A stretch of DNA of 63,994 nt, counting the filler, from Octopus bimaculoides (Eukaryota), in NCBI RefSeq assembly GCF_001194135.2. It is 5 parts of 5 records of this genome, joined end to end, with 100 filler letters (N's around TTAATTAATTAA, not from the genome) between each part and the next. Parts side by side here need not be neighbours in the genome. Positions count along the whole stretch, not along the records: positions 27,505 to 36,683 come from NC_069005.1; positions 36,784 to 54,421 come from NC_068983.1; 3 more parts are not named here. The stretch is one strand, 5' to 3'. Each line of letters opens with the position of its first letter. Positions within the stretch are counted from its first letter, which is position 1. The notes under the pieces were generated by a model, which had not been told where the DNA came from, made no database searches, and saw only the letters and a program-made list of their open reading frames with translations. The position numbers were made by a program, and so were the translations under genes. Shown here one piece after another: positions 27,405-39,144 of the stretch.

Positions 27405-27504
27405 NNNNNNNNNNNNNNNNNNNNNNNNNNNNNNNNNNNNNNNNNNNNTTAATTAATTAANNNNNNNNNNNNNNNNNNNNNNNNNNNNNNNNNNNNNNNN
27501 NNNN
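27405..27504. other. Artificial scaffold linker 44N-TTAATTAATTAA-44N
   Basis: Exactly 100 bp; palindromic 12-mer with TAA stops in all six frames at 27449-27460. Confidence 0.92.
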
Positions 27505-27554
<50 letters not shown>

Positions 27555-28281
27555 TACATACATACATATATACATACATACATGTGTGCGCGTGCGTTAA
27601 CTTACGAGCACTTCAAGCCAATGGAATAGGTTATATTTGGAAATAATTACAGGAGGATTAAGCTAGAATAAGATTATAATGCTCGCATTCACGTCCATTT
27701 CAATACACTATGTATTGAGCGGAACAATACGGCGGCCATTGTTACAGTGAACGCTTGTCTTGCCTTTAGTCACGCACAACATCCAGTCTACACCATTTTT
27801 TCATCTTTCCCTCATAGAAACTCAATCCCTCGATACAAATGATGATCTCATGATGTGCTTCTGATAATCCTGATTATTCTCCTAGTTATGATCGCTCTTA
27901 TTTATCCGTCTCCATAATACTATAGCTGTTGTTGTTGCTGTGGTGGTGGTGGTGGTGGTGGCCGTCGTTATAGGTGTTGTGGCGTGGTGTTGCTGTCGGT
28001 GTTGTTAGAGTTGTCGTTGAATGAGATGTTTGTGGTTGTTGTTGTTGTTGGTGGTGTTGTTGCCCGCTGTTGCAGATATATTTGTTGATGATGTTGTATG
28101 CATTGTTTGTTCTCGTTGCTGTTGCTGTTGTTGTTGTTGTTGGTTGGTTGTTGGTAATGGCGTCGGTGGTAATGGTGTAAGTGTTGTTGTTCTGTTGGCG
28201 CTTTTTAAGTTATTGTTTTTATATCTTTTTTTTATTTTTTACTTATATAATTAGCATATTTTTCTATATGCAGTATATATG

Positions 28282-28312
<31 letters not shown>

Positions 28313-28778
28313 NNNNNNNNNNNNNNNNNNNNNNNNNNNNNNNNNNNNNNNNNNNNNNNNNNNNNNNNNNNNNNNNNNNNNNNNNNNNNNNNNNNNNNNN
28401 NNNNNNNNNNNNNNNNNNNNNNNNNNNNNNNNNNNNNNNNNNNNNNNNNNNNNNNNNNNNNNNNNNNNNNNNNNNNNNNNNNNNNNNNNNNNNNNNNNNN
28501 NNNNNNNNNNNNNNNNNNNNNNNNNNNNNNNNNNNNNNNNNNNNNNNNNNNNNNNNNNNNNNNNNNNNNNNNNNNNNNNNNNNNNNNNNNNNNNNNNNNN
28601 NNNNNNNNNNNNNNNNNNNNNNNNNNNNNNNNNNNNNNNNNNNNNNNNNNNNNNNNNNNNNNNNNNNNNNNNNNNNNNNNNNNNNNNNNNNNNNNNNNNN
28701 NNNNNNNNNNNNNNNNNNNNNNNNNNNNNNNNNNNNNNNNNNNNNNNNNNNNNNNNNNNNNNNNNNNNNNNNNNNNNN

Positions 28779-28833
<55 letters not shown>

Positions 28834-29089
28834 GTATATATATATGTATATATATATGTGTATATATATATGTATATATATATGTATATATATATATATG
28901 TGTGTGTATATATATATATATTTATTTATTTATTTATTTATTTATGTGTTTCAGCCAAGTGGCTGCGGTCATGTATATATATATACATATATATACATAT
29001 ATATATACGTATATATTATATATATGTGTGTGTGTGTATATATTTATATATACGTATGTATTATATGCACGCATATGCATATATGTATG

Positions 29090-29185
<96 letters not shown>

Positions 29186-30571
29186 TGCATATAGGTGTTA
29201 GGTACAGGTGGATAGATCGGTAGGTAGGTAGGTAGGTAGGTAAGTACGTATGGAGGTAGGGAGGTCGGTCGGTAAGAGTACAAACGAAATACCGTATGAT
29301 TACAATACTCACACGTACACAGAGACACACACAAGCACAGAATTACTCGTTGACACGCATTTATGTACATGCATACACGCACACAGGCAAACGCACACTG
29401 AAACAGTCAGACACACACTAACACATACACATACACGCGCGCGCGCGCGCGCCCATGCACGCACACGCACGCATGGACACACATGCACGTGCAAGATATC
29501 GTGGACATATCCCGCGAGATTGAAACACCAGTGTTTCCCCGTGCATGATGCGTTGAGCGAGTACTCTCTTCCGTCAGTGATTAATATAAACCATTATCGC
29601 AGTAAAGGTCCCTAAACGATGGTCTTGGCTGATAGAGATGATTAAGCAGATGCGATTGTTCTCGGGCTTTATGTAATACATGCATACACACACGTATATA
29701 ACTACACACAAAAAAAATGTGTGTGTATGCATACATACATATATANNNNNNNNNNNNNNNNNNNNNNNNNNNNNNNNNNNNNNNNNNNNNNNNNNNNNNN
29801 NNNNNNNNNNNNNNNNNNNNNNNNNNNNNNNNNNNNNNNNNNNNNNNNNNNNNNNNNNNNNNNNNNNNNNNNNNNNNNNNNNNNNNNNNNNNNNNNNNNN
29901 NNNNNNNNNNNNNNNNNNNNNNNNNNNNNNNNNNNNNNNNNNNNNNNNNNNNNNNNNNNNNNNNNNNNNNNNNNNNNNNNNNNNNNNNNNNNNNNNNNNN
30001 NNNNNNNNNNNNNNNNNNNNNNNNNNNNNNNNNNNNNNNNNNNNNNNNNNNNNNNNNNNNNNNNNNNNNNNNNNNNNNNNNNNNNNNNNNNNNNNNNNNN
30101 NNNNNNNNNNNNNNNNNNNNNNNNNNNNNNNNNNNNNNNNNNNNNNNNNNNNNNNNNNNNNNNNNNNNNNNNNNNNNNNNNNNNNNNNNNNNNNNNNNNN
30201 NNNNNNNNNNNNNNNNNNNNNNNNNNNNNNNNNNNNNNNNNNNNNNNNNNNNNNNNNNNNNNNNNNNNNNNNNNNNNNNNNNNNNNNNNNNNNNNNNNNN
30301 NNNNNNNNNNNNNNNNNNNNNNNNNNNNNNNNNNNNNNNNNNNNNNNNNNNNNNNNNNNNNNNNNNNNNNNNNNNNNNNNNNNNNNNNNNNNNNNNNNNN
30401 NNNNNNNNNNNNNNNNNNNNNNNNNNNNNNNGGTTCGGTCCCAATACCTGGCACTTTGAGCAACTGTCTTCTACTATAGCCTCGCGTCGGCCAAAGCCTT
30501 GTGTGTGGAATTAGTACACGGAAACTGAAAGAAGCTCGTCGTACGTCTGTGTCTGTGTGTGCATGTGTGTT

Positions 30572-30626
<55 letters not shown>

Positions 30627-32024
30627 CTGTGTGTGTCGGTTTTCACACCAGAGAATTTGTTTTGATGTGGTTATGTATGTATGTATATATGTATGTATGT
30701 ATGTATGACTTAAAACGACATCCAGTAGTGGGCCTCTGCTTCGGAAGTTTCGGGATTTTGAGGAGTGTGAAACTACCTCTTAGACTCAGGTTTACCCTGA
30801 TCCGTAGTAGTAGCATCTGCCAGGGTGCATAAGCAATAACAATCCATATATATGCGCAGAAACGCCGAAATACACTTGGTTGGTGTCAGGGCATGCAATA
30901 AAACCAGCAGGACCCTAGCTGTTGTTATACCATCCTTCTAGGAGAGGGATACTCTGATGTAAAACCCTACGTTTTCACGTGGTTAGTGATCATCTCACTT
31001 CGGTCTGTCACCAGGTATTAATCAGGGAAACACAGAGGGGCCCTCGTGTTGTACAAGGGTTTATAACTATAATCTAAGGCTCTACAGATAGAAGGATGGA
31101 TACATATATACATACATATATACACTGAATCGTGGCAAGGTATGGAAGGTTTTCGGAGGACCGGAGAGATTATGTCTGGGTGGAGAATTATACGAGATAC
31201 GAGGTATAGTACTATACAGAATACCGAAAGGATCTTCACCTCTTACATCACACCTTTCTTCCTACTTCAATGCCGAGGTGGTATAATTTCCTGGGAGAGA
31301 AGTAATTTTGCGGCTGAGGATAGCTTTACATTGTAAATTATACACATATTATATTATACACATATAAAGCTTGAAACACGTGTACCGCGGAATCCTTTGT
31401 AGTTTTGTTGTTATTTTTTGGATTTACAATTTACATACATATATACATACATACATACATACATACGCAGACACATATGATGGAAACAGTGAAATATATG
31501 CATAGAGATGATATTTGGATAAACAGATATATATTGAAGTATTATGTAGACAAATAAATTAGAGAAATGAATTCGTTTGAGAGAAATCCGGAAGTAGATG
31601 ACATTTATTCAACACACCTGCGATAATATATAAAACACACATAAACGATCACTACACAGTGTCTTGCGCGGGCGCACACAAACACACACAGACACACACG
31701 CGCATACGCACACACTCACACACACACGACATAAACACACATTATTAGAGATAATTTTATTCACATCGATAACACCTCCACACACATAGTCAGTCCAACG
31801 AAACTTACACAGATGTTGCTAGCTCATATATAGAATGGACACACACACATCATAAAACTGGTACTCCGTCGGTTACCACGATGAGGGTTACCGTTGATCT
31901 GACCAACGAACAACCTGCTGGTGAAATTAACGTGCAAATGGCTGAGTACTCGACAGATACGCGTACCGTTAACGTAATTCTCAGGGAGATCTAACGTGAC
32001 ACAAAATGTAACAAGACCGGCCCT

Positions 32025-32077
32025 TGTTGAAAAGAATATAAGTGTGCCACAAGTGAAAAAAAGGTTGGGGAACACTG
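32025..32077. mobile_element. Right end of a second hAT-type MITE abutting the same target site
   Basis: AGTGTGCCACAAGTGAAAAAAAGGTTGGGGAACACTG ends with a Charlie-like terminus immediately before ATCTAGAC. Confidence 0.6.
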
Positions 32078-32085
32078 ATCTAGAC

Positions 32086-32390
32086 CTGTGTTACACAAAG
32101 TGGTGGTCCGCGAACCGGCACTGGTCCGCGAGCCATCAGCTGCCGGTAGCGGCGAGTTTTCAGAAAAGGAAGAAACATTATAAGATACTTATAAAATGCT
32201 TATAAAATGCTTATGTAATATCGTATTATTTGTTTACAAAATAAATATAAGATTTTTTTAAATTGTCAACTTTTATTATATTCATTATATATATATTGTT
32301 TCCAGTATAAATTAATATTACTAAGAAATATTACCGGACCCTGGCACGTTGGAAAAAAAACTGCCGGTATGCCACGTTTGAGAAGCACTG
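32086..32390. mobile_element. hAT (Charlie-type) MITE, 305 bp
   Basis: Termini CTGTGTTACACAAAGTGG and CCACGTTTGAGAAGCACTG (imperfect TIR); 8-bp TSD ATCTAGAC (32078-32085) / GTCTAGAC (32391-32398), matching the NTCTAGAN hAT-Charlie target consensus. Confidence 0.85.
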
Positions 32391-33414
32391 GTCTAGACAA
32401 CACCAAAAACGCATAGACAGCTCACAGCGTCGTTTTCTTTTATTATAGGCACAAGGCCTGATATTCAGGGGAAGGGGGTGCCAGTCGATTATATCGCCCC
32501 AATGCTCAACTGGTACTTATTTTATCGACCCCGAAAGAATCAAAAGTAAAAGTCAAGCTTGGTACCATTTGAAATCAACCTGTAAAGCCGGAAGAAATGC
32601 CTTTAAACATTTTGTTCGATGCAGTAATACTAAAAGAAACACACACACGTACACGCACACGCACATACACACACACACACTTCCTATAGTACCATCATAT
32701 CACCGTCTCACACAAATCCATCCAAACAGAATAACATATATACACACACATATACGCAACTAATACACACACGCATACTCCAAGTTAGATAAAACCTCAC
32801 AACATACATATACTGACTTATCTACACGTCTCACGTGCACACACAAAACCCCATAAAATACTAACAGCGCAAACATATACGCTTTAACAAAACCCAAACT
32901 TACGCACCTACTCTTGTTTCATAGTTCCTTCCTCTTTCACTTTCGTGTTCACGAAACCTCTTTCCTTCCCCCCTTAACTTCCGGTCATTCTTAGCATAAC
33001 TTGAGACATACTAAGATGTATTTCTCCTTTGTTCCCAATTTTTGTTTTCCTATCTTTTCTAAAGAAAAACCTAAGCTGGAGACCTCAGAAAAATTTCTAC
33101 TTCCTTTCCGTGGGCGTACGGTTAATAAATACGCATTCAGTGCAGTTAATTTTTTTTTTGGGGGGGGGGTTTGTTTGTTTGTTTGTTTTGTTTGTTTGTT
33201 TGTTTGTTTGTTTTGTTTTTCAGAGTTACATTCGTCCATTAATATTTTACATATACTCTTGAGGGCATCCAGTCAATCTTTTGTTGTCTGTTACACCAAC
33301 CATTGCATTCTACTTTCAGTCTTCAGCTGGATTCTTCCGTGGGTGGAACTCTCAAAGATTTCCACGGATTAAACTGAACTCCTTGCTCTTCTTCAGACGC
33401 ACACAGACACAGAC

Positions 33415-33455
<41 letters not shown>

Positions 33456-33927
33456 GCACGAACACACACATACACACACAAACAAGTACGAACATACACA
33501 CGCACAAACACATCTACATGGTATTAAGTCATACTCGATCGCGAGTGACGGCTGGTTTTACATATGTATATATGCCAGCTAAAAATGAAGCTCGGCAACA
33601 ACAGGTTCAGTCCAACTGAGTGTAATCTTGGGCAACTGTCTTCTGCTATAACCTCATGCCGACCGAAGCTTTGTGAGTGGATTTGGCTGACGGAAACTGA
33701 AAGAAGCCCGTCGTATATATATATAGGCGCAGGAGTGGCTTGCTTACCAACCACATGGTTCCGGGTTCAGTCCCACTGCGTGGCACCTNNNNNNNNNNTA
33801 TAGGCGCAGGAGTGGCTTGCTTACCAACCACATGGTTCCGGGTTCAGTCCCACTGCGTGGCACCTTGGGCAAGTGTCTTCTACCATAGCCTCGGGTCGAC
33901 CAAAGCCTTGTGAGTTGATTTGGTATA

Positions 33928-34005
33928 TGCGTGTGTATGTGCGCGCATGTGTGTATGTGCGCGCATGTGTGTATGTGCGCGCATGTGTGTATGTGCGCGC
34001 ATGTG
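33928..34005. repeat. 18-bp minisatellite, about four copies, grown from a SINE internal microsatellite
   Basis: GTGTGTATGTGCGCGCAT tandem directly after a family-B SINE body. Confidence 0.85.
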
Positions 34006-34084
34006 TGTCTGTGTATATATGCGTGTGTGTATGTATTTGTGTGTATGTAAGTGTGGTGAATTAGGGTGGGGCTTGTTTAGCAGG

Positions 34085-34262
34085 AAAAAGAAAGAAAGAA
34101 AGAAAGAAAGAAAGTAAATAAAGAAAGAAAGAAAAGAAAGAAAGGAAGGAAGGAAGAAAGAAAAGAAAGAAAGGAATGAAGGAAGGAAGAAAGGAAGGAA
34201 GGAACGAAGGAAGGAAGAAAGGAAGGAAGGAAGGAAGGAAGGAAGGAAGGAAGGAAGGAAGA
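34085..34262. repeat. (GAAA)n/(GGAA)n purine tract
   Basis: Directly visible. Confidence 0.95.
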
Positions 34263-34631
34263 GTGTGGTGATTGACTCTGTATTGTATTCTCACGGTCAG
34301 TTGTCACGCCACCCAGCTGTAAAAAGGATCGCTTTCTAAAATGGTTGAAGTTGATGACAATTCAAGATGTCAATCTCGCTTTAGTCATTGTTTAGTCATT
34401 TGTCATGTTATCCAGCAGCAGAAAATAGATTCTATCAAAATTGCTTTCATAGGTTATTTTGATGCGTGTGGGTGTATGTGTATTTAAGGGTATGTGTGTG
34501 CGAGAGTGTTGCATGCTGGTTGCTTGAGTGAATTTTTTTTCAATTTTACTGACAGTAATGAAAACATTTTAATAAGTATTTCTAGTGTTCTCACACACAC
34601 GCACATACATCTGTGTGCATGTGTGTTATGA

Positions 34632-34890
34632 TTAGTTTAGGTAAGAATATTCTGATAAAATATAGTTCCATTGCCTTTCAGTGCTTAGGGCTATCCCTTG
34701 GGCATTTGTAGAAGGGAAAGATCTTGAATCTGCTGTTTCCACATATTTCCAAACGCTTACTCAGCGCAATCTTTTGTAATTCTTTTTGTTTGATGCGTTG
34801 TCTATGGATTCTCACACGTTGGCAAAGAGAACTGCTGGTTTAGCCAATATAATTTTCCTTGCAATTGGGGCAGGTTATGTAACAAATGAG
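34632..34890 (-). mobile_element. Penelope-like element GIY-YIG endonuclease fragment
   Basis: Reverse-strand LICYITCPNCKENYIG*TSSSLCQRVRIHRQRIKQKELQKIALSKRLEICGNSRFKIFPFYKC...KAMELYFIRIFLPKL (C..C...YIG.T.....R...H pattern). Confidence 0.8.
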
Positions 34891-35181
34891 ATGTATATAT
34901 ATATAATATAAATAATATATATATGTATATATACATACGTATATGTACATATCTACATCTATACGTTTATATATATATATGCATATGTGGGCACAGGACG
35001 TCACGAAACGTGTACGACAAAAAAAATACGAAGTACGAGTACTTGGAATATGAAATATTTTTTCGAACAACGAAAGACACAAATGGAAAACAAGACAAAC
35101 AACATAAAGAACGACCCTTCATCAGTTGTTTGGCTGTTTTTCTACTCTCATATTTCGAGCATTTAACAACAACAATATATA

Positions 35182-35234
<53 letters not shown>

Positions 35235-35813
35235 TAAGCAAGCTACTTACCACACAGCCACTCCTGCACCTATAAAGGCTAAATATACGACAGATACATG
35301 TATCATTAACGTAATTCTTAATGGGGAGCAACAAGACTGGACACCCATCCAACGGGGTCCTATCAATATTGTTTCCGTTATAATTGCCCAACGCGCCACT
35401 CAATGAAATCGAATCTTGGACCTTGTAATTATGGAACAAATTGCTTAACCATTTGACCATGCTGTGCCCATAAAAAATTTTGATAGATTATTGGGGTCTC
35501 TACATCACGTTACCAATCCCAGACAATCCATTTATATACACATCAAATCCAATAAGCCTCAGAGAGCTGAAATTGCTAATTTGCATACCGGAAGTGCCTT
35601 TCACCTTATTTGATATCAGCGTCCGATCAATATAAACCACCACACACACACCCACACACCCACACACACTCTAGACTGTATCAAGGGGAGATAAATGTAA
35701 ACCTATTTAGACATAGAAACGTGGCAAATTTAACTATTTCTCTCTGCAGACTGAAAAAATGATGGACAGACATTACGTGTGTGTGTGAGTGCGCGCGCGC
35801 GTGTGCGTGTGTG

Positions 35814-35896
<83 letters not shown>

Positions 35897-36127
35897 CTAC
35901 ATGTATGTATATATATATATATATATATGTCTGAATGTATATATGTATATATATATATGTATGTATGCATACGTATATATATATAAACATATATATACAT
36001 ATATATACATATACAATATCTTACACCACTTCAAACACTATATACATGCACACACACACCTGCACACGCACACACACACCTGCACATGCACATTCAGACA
36101 CACGCACACAAACACACGTATATAAAT

Positions 36128-36211
<84 letters not shown>

Positions 36212-36683
36212 CAAAAAAACAATAACAAAAAAACAACAAAGTGAGGACGTGATATGGATAGTATTATTGGACGCTCAGGAAAGGAAAGAGAGAGTGTATG
36301 ACGTTTCGGGTGTAGATATATATACGTGTGTTATATATCTGTACATATATGTTGAGAATGGGACAGAGAGAGAGGAAGAGAGAAAGAGAATGATGGGATC
36401 CCAAAATATACGCATTGAACGTGACGCAAAGTAACCGATCTAATGTGAAGCATAATGCTAGAGAGTACTTGATAAATAGTTAACGTTAGGATAGTTACAG
36501 CTGCAACACGAGTCTGTATGATAAATATGGTACGGATTTCAAACAACTCAGAAAAACCACATCAGACAAACAGCGCCATAAGTGTGTGGGTGTCTACGTG
36601 TGTATGTGACTGTATATGTGTCTGCGTGTGTTTGTGCGTGAACACGTGTGTAAGTATGTATGTATATATATATATATATATAT

Positions 36684-36783
36684 NNNNNNNNNNNNNNNNN
36701 NNNNNNNNNNNNNNNNNNNNNNNNNNNTTAATTAATTAANNNNNNNNNNNNNNNNNNNNNNNNNNNNNNNNNNNNNNNNNNNN
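36684..36783. other. Artificial scaffold linker 44N-TTAATTAATTAA-44N
   Basis: Same structure; 12-mer at 36728-36739. Confidence 0.92.
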
Positions 36784-38069
36784 ATATATATATATATATA
36801 TATATATATACGTATGCCTATATGTATGTGTCGAAGCATATGTCTATATCTACGAATCTACCAATAAAGGAAGTGGATGGTAAATTCCATTAAGAAGATA
36901 AGTTTGGTAAAAGAGCAGCATGCGATGACAGAGCAGTAACGTGTAACACTTGTTATTTGCTAGAAGTTATATGTAAATGAAATACATACGTATATACACA
37001 ATAACTCACACACACACTTGCAAACATACAATGGTATATATACAACGGGCTTCTTTCAGCTACCGTCTACCAAATCCACTCACAAGGCTTTGGTTGACCT
37101 GAGGCTATGGAAGAAGACACTTGCCCAAGGTGTTTGCTACGCAGTGGGACTGAACCAGGAACCATGTGGTTGGTAAGCAAGCTACTTACCACAGAGCCAC
37201 TCCTGCACTTATATCTGATCAAAATTTCATCTTTATGGAATATGCCGAAGAAATAATCCTTTGTTCTATAGTAGTGGCTCTCAGGTTGTGAAGAGGAAAG
37301 AAAAAAATTCTGGCAAAAACCAGCTGAGACCAGCATATAACGCTCATGTGGTCCCTTTCGTTGTATACTGAAGGTCATTGCTTACGTATGCATTCAACAG
37401 GTTTACCTAAAATATACTGTAAATCAGTAATTAATTCAGTTTAAATAGTCCTAATAATTAAACCCTCCCTCATTATTGCTTCCCTGGGCATGGACACACT
37501 AAAGCAGCTTCATGTAGCATCTGACTTGGTAGACACCCACAAGATTATTCACCATCTTTCCAACAACAACCTTGGGCACCTTTTTGAATTTCATGCGTCT
37601 AACACATGTGGGCACACATTCTCTTTACTTGTTTCAGTCATTTGACTGTGGCCATGCTGGAGCAGCACCTTTAGTCGAGCAAATCGACCCCAGGACTTAT
37701 TCTTTGTAAGCCTATTACTTATTCTATCGGTCTCTTTTGCCGAACCGCTAAGTAACGGGGGTCGTAAACGATCATTAGTTGAACTATTAGTCCTCTTGCA
37801 TTCTGGGGGGTATCAGAGCATTTGGGTGACATCAAACCCCAACAAACGTCCATAAATTAAATACATCCATCTGGGAAGCGATCGTGGCCTCTCGACCTTT
37901 GCCTGACGGCCACGATCGTGGTTCGTCGCGCTTTATGTGTTAATATTCTTTACGCTACACATGTGGAATCACAGAATGCTTCTAAGAAAATTTTCTAGGG
38001 TGTGTTGTGTAGACATAAAACAGTAATTAACTCACTTTAATTAATTTTAGTAACTTGGGAGAAGAATAT

Positions 38070-38177
38070 AACATGTTTGGCGGAGGTAAAGAATACGTAC
38101 ACCACCCGTTATCGGCGTAACAAAAACCCTAAACCTAAACACCGGGTGTACGTATTCTTTACTTTCGCCAAGATGTT
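38070..38177. repeat. Inverted repeat / foldback element with about 33-bp arms
   Basis: AACATGTTTGGCGGAGGTAAAGAATACGTACACC (38070-38103) pairs with GGTGTACGTATTCTTTACTTTCGCCAAGATGTT (38145-38177) with few mismatches; spacer contains ACCCTAAACCTAAAC. Confidence 0.75.
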
Positions 38178-38215
38178 TTTACATGATCCCTTCTGTTTCG
38201 TACCACAGATTATTG

Positions 38216-38392
38216 GGTAAATTTTCAGATTAACACCCGCACGATTTTCACTAGGGTGTTAGGGTCAGGGTTAGGGTTACGGTTTAGGGTTAGGGACGGA
38301 ATTACCTAACCCTAACACCGTAACCGTAACCCTGACCCTAAAACTCTAACACCCTAGTGAAAATCGTGCGGGTGTTAATCTGAAAATTTACC
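38216..38392. mobile_element. Palindromic MITE with telomere-like core (Merlin-like termini)
   Basis: 47-bp perfect TIR GGTAAATTTTCAGATTAACACCCGCACGATTTTCACTAGGGTGTTAG; 8-bp TSD GATTATTG at 38208-38215 and 38393-38400; inner TTAGGG-like and CCCTAA-like repeats. Confidence 0.85.
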
Positions 38393-38738
38393 GATTATTG
38401 TTTAGCAATGTATTCGACAACTTTATATAAAATATCTCCTATAAACAATAACATAATTTAGAAATTTTGTAGAGATTAGGGGGCAGTCCAGCATATAGAT
38501 GCACTGGGGTCCTTTCTACTTTGTATCGAAGGTCATTGTTAATGTTCAAGGGTTCGTTGCTATTTCTAGCGGACGAACGACCACGTATTATCTCGTCCTT
38601 CGTTGTGTTGTAAAATACATACGTTCAAGGCCGAAATAAAAGTTAGATTGATCACTAATAACATTATCAATAATAAAGTAAATTACAAAATTATATAATT
38701 TCCTCCACCAAATTAAATAAAACAGTAAATGAACTTAC

Positions 38739-38924
38739 ACCATCACAAAAGTTGGGCTGCACTTCGGTCAATCGATAATAGCTTTTCTCAGGATATCTGT
38801 TTAAGAAGCTGTGTCTGACAACCACGCGTCCAACACCATTGTTTTTAAGGTTCGTAACAATGGAAAAAAGGTTTCTCCCGGACCAATCTAAATTCACTCT
38901 TCCAATCCGGCGAACGACTCTCAT
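38739..38924 (-). CDS. MRPS34: First coding exon of mitochondrial small-subunit ribosomal protein mS34 (62 codons, phase-0 intron follows)
   Basis: Translation MRVVRRIGRVNLDWSGRNLFSIVTNLKNNGVGRVVVRHSFLNRYPEKSYYRLTEVQPNFCDG matches the protostome mS34 N-terminal pattern as I recall it (IGR...G..L..I..NLKN.GVGR.V.R..F.RYPE.SYY.I..V.P). ATG in AAAATG context at 38922-38924; consensus donor GT|GTAAGT starts at 38738. Later exons not identified. Confidence 0.88.
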
Positions 38925-39060
38925 TTTGACCTCCCTGTAAACTACTTACCTCCCTTGCAGGACGTACGTTCCGATTACTTTCGCCAGATGGCAGCACTAA
39001 TTCCACACAGTTATTTCACCCTGACAGTTCTTCTTCACATTTCTTTTCAAGAATTATTTC
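38925..39060. promoter_or_regulatory. Putative MRPS34 5'UTR/promoter region, possibly bidirectional
   Basis: CpG-containing unique sequence directly upstream of the MRPS34 ATG; YY1-like CAGATGGCAGC at about 38985-38995. Position-based inference only. Confidence 0.4.
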
Positions 39061-39144
39061 CCTTCAATCGCTTAGGCTCAGTTTGTCCACACGCACACAC
39101 ACACACACACACACACATGCACGCACACACAAACATACACACAC

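Noticed and set aside
27838-27880. Box C (ATGATGA) and box D (CTGA) motifs suggesting a C/D snoRNA
   Set aside because: Only about 20-30 nt between boxes, no terminal stem, no established host intron.
29436-29452. (CG)8 run, potential Z-DNA
   Set aside because: Embedded in a CA/CG microsatellite; unremarkable apart from being consistent with low methylation here.
33724-33870. Exact tandem duplication of a SINE head (about 70 bp)
   Set aside because: Copies are identical and separated by a 10-N gap; most likely unmerged overlapping contig ends.
34680-34780. Apparent plus-strand terminal exon LRAIPWAFVEGKDLESAVSTYFQTLTQRNLL* after a good acceptor
   Set aside because: It is the antisense of a clear Penelope GIY-YIG fragment that has a second copy at 63.4 kb.
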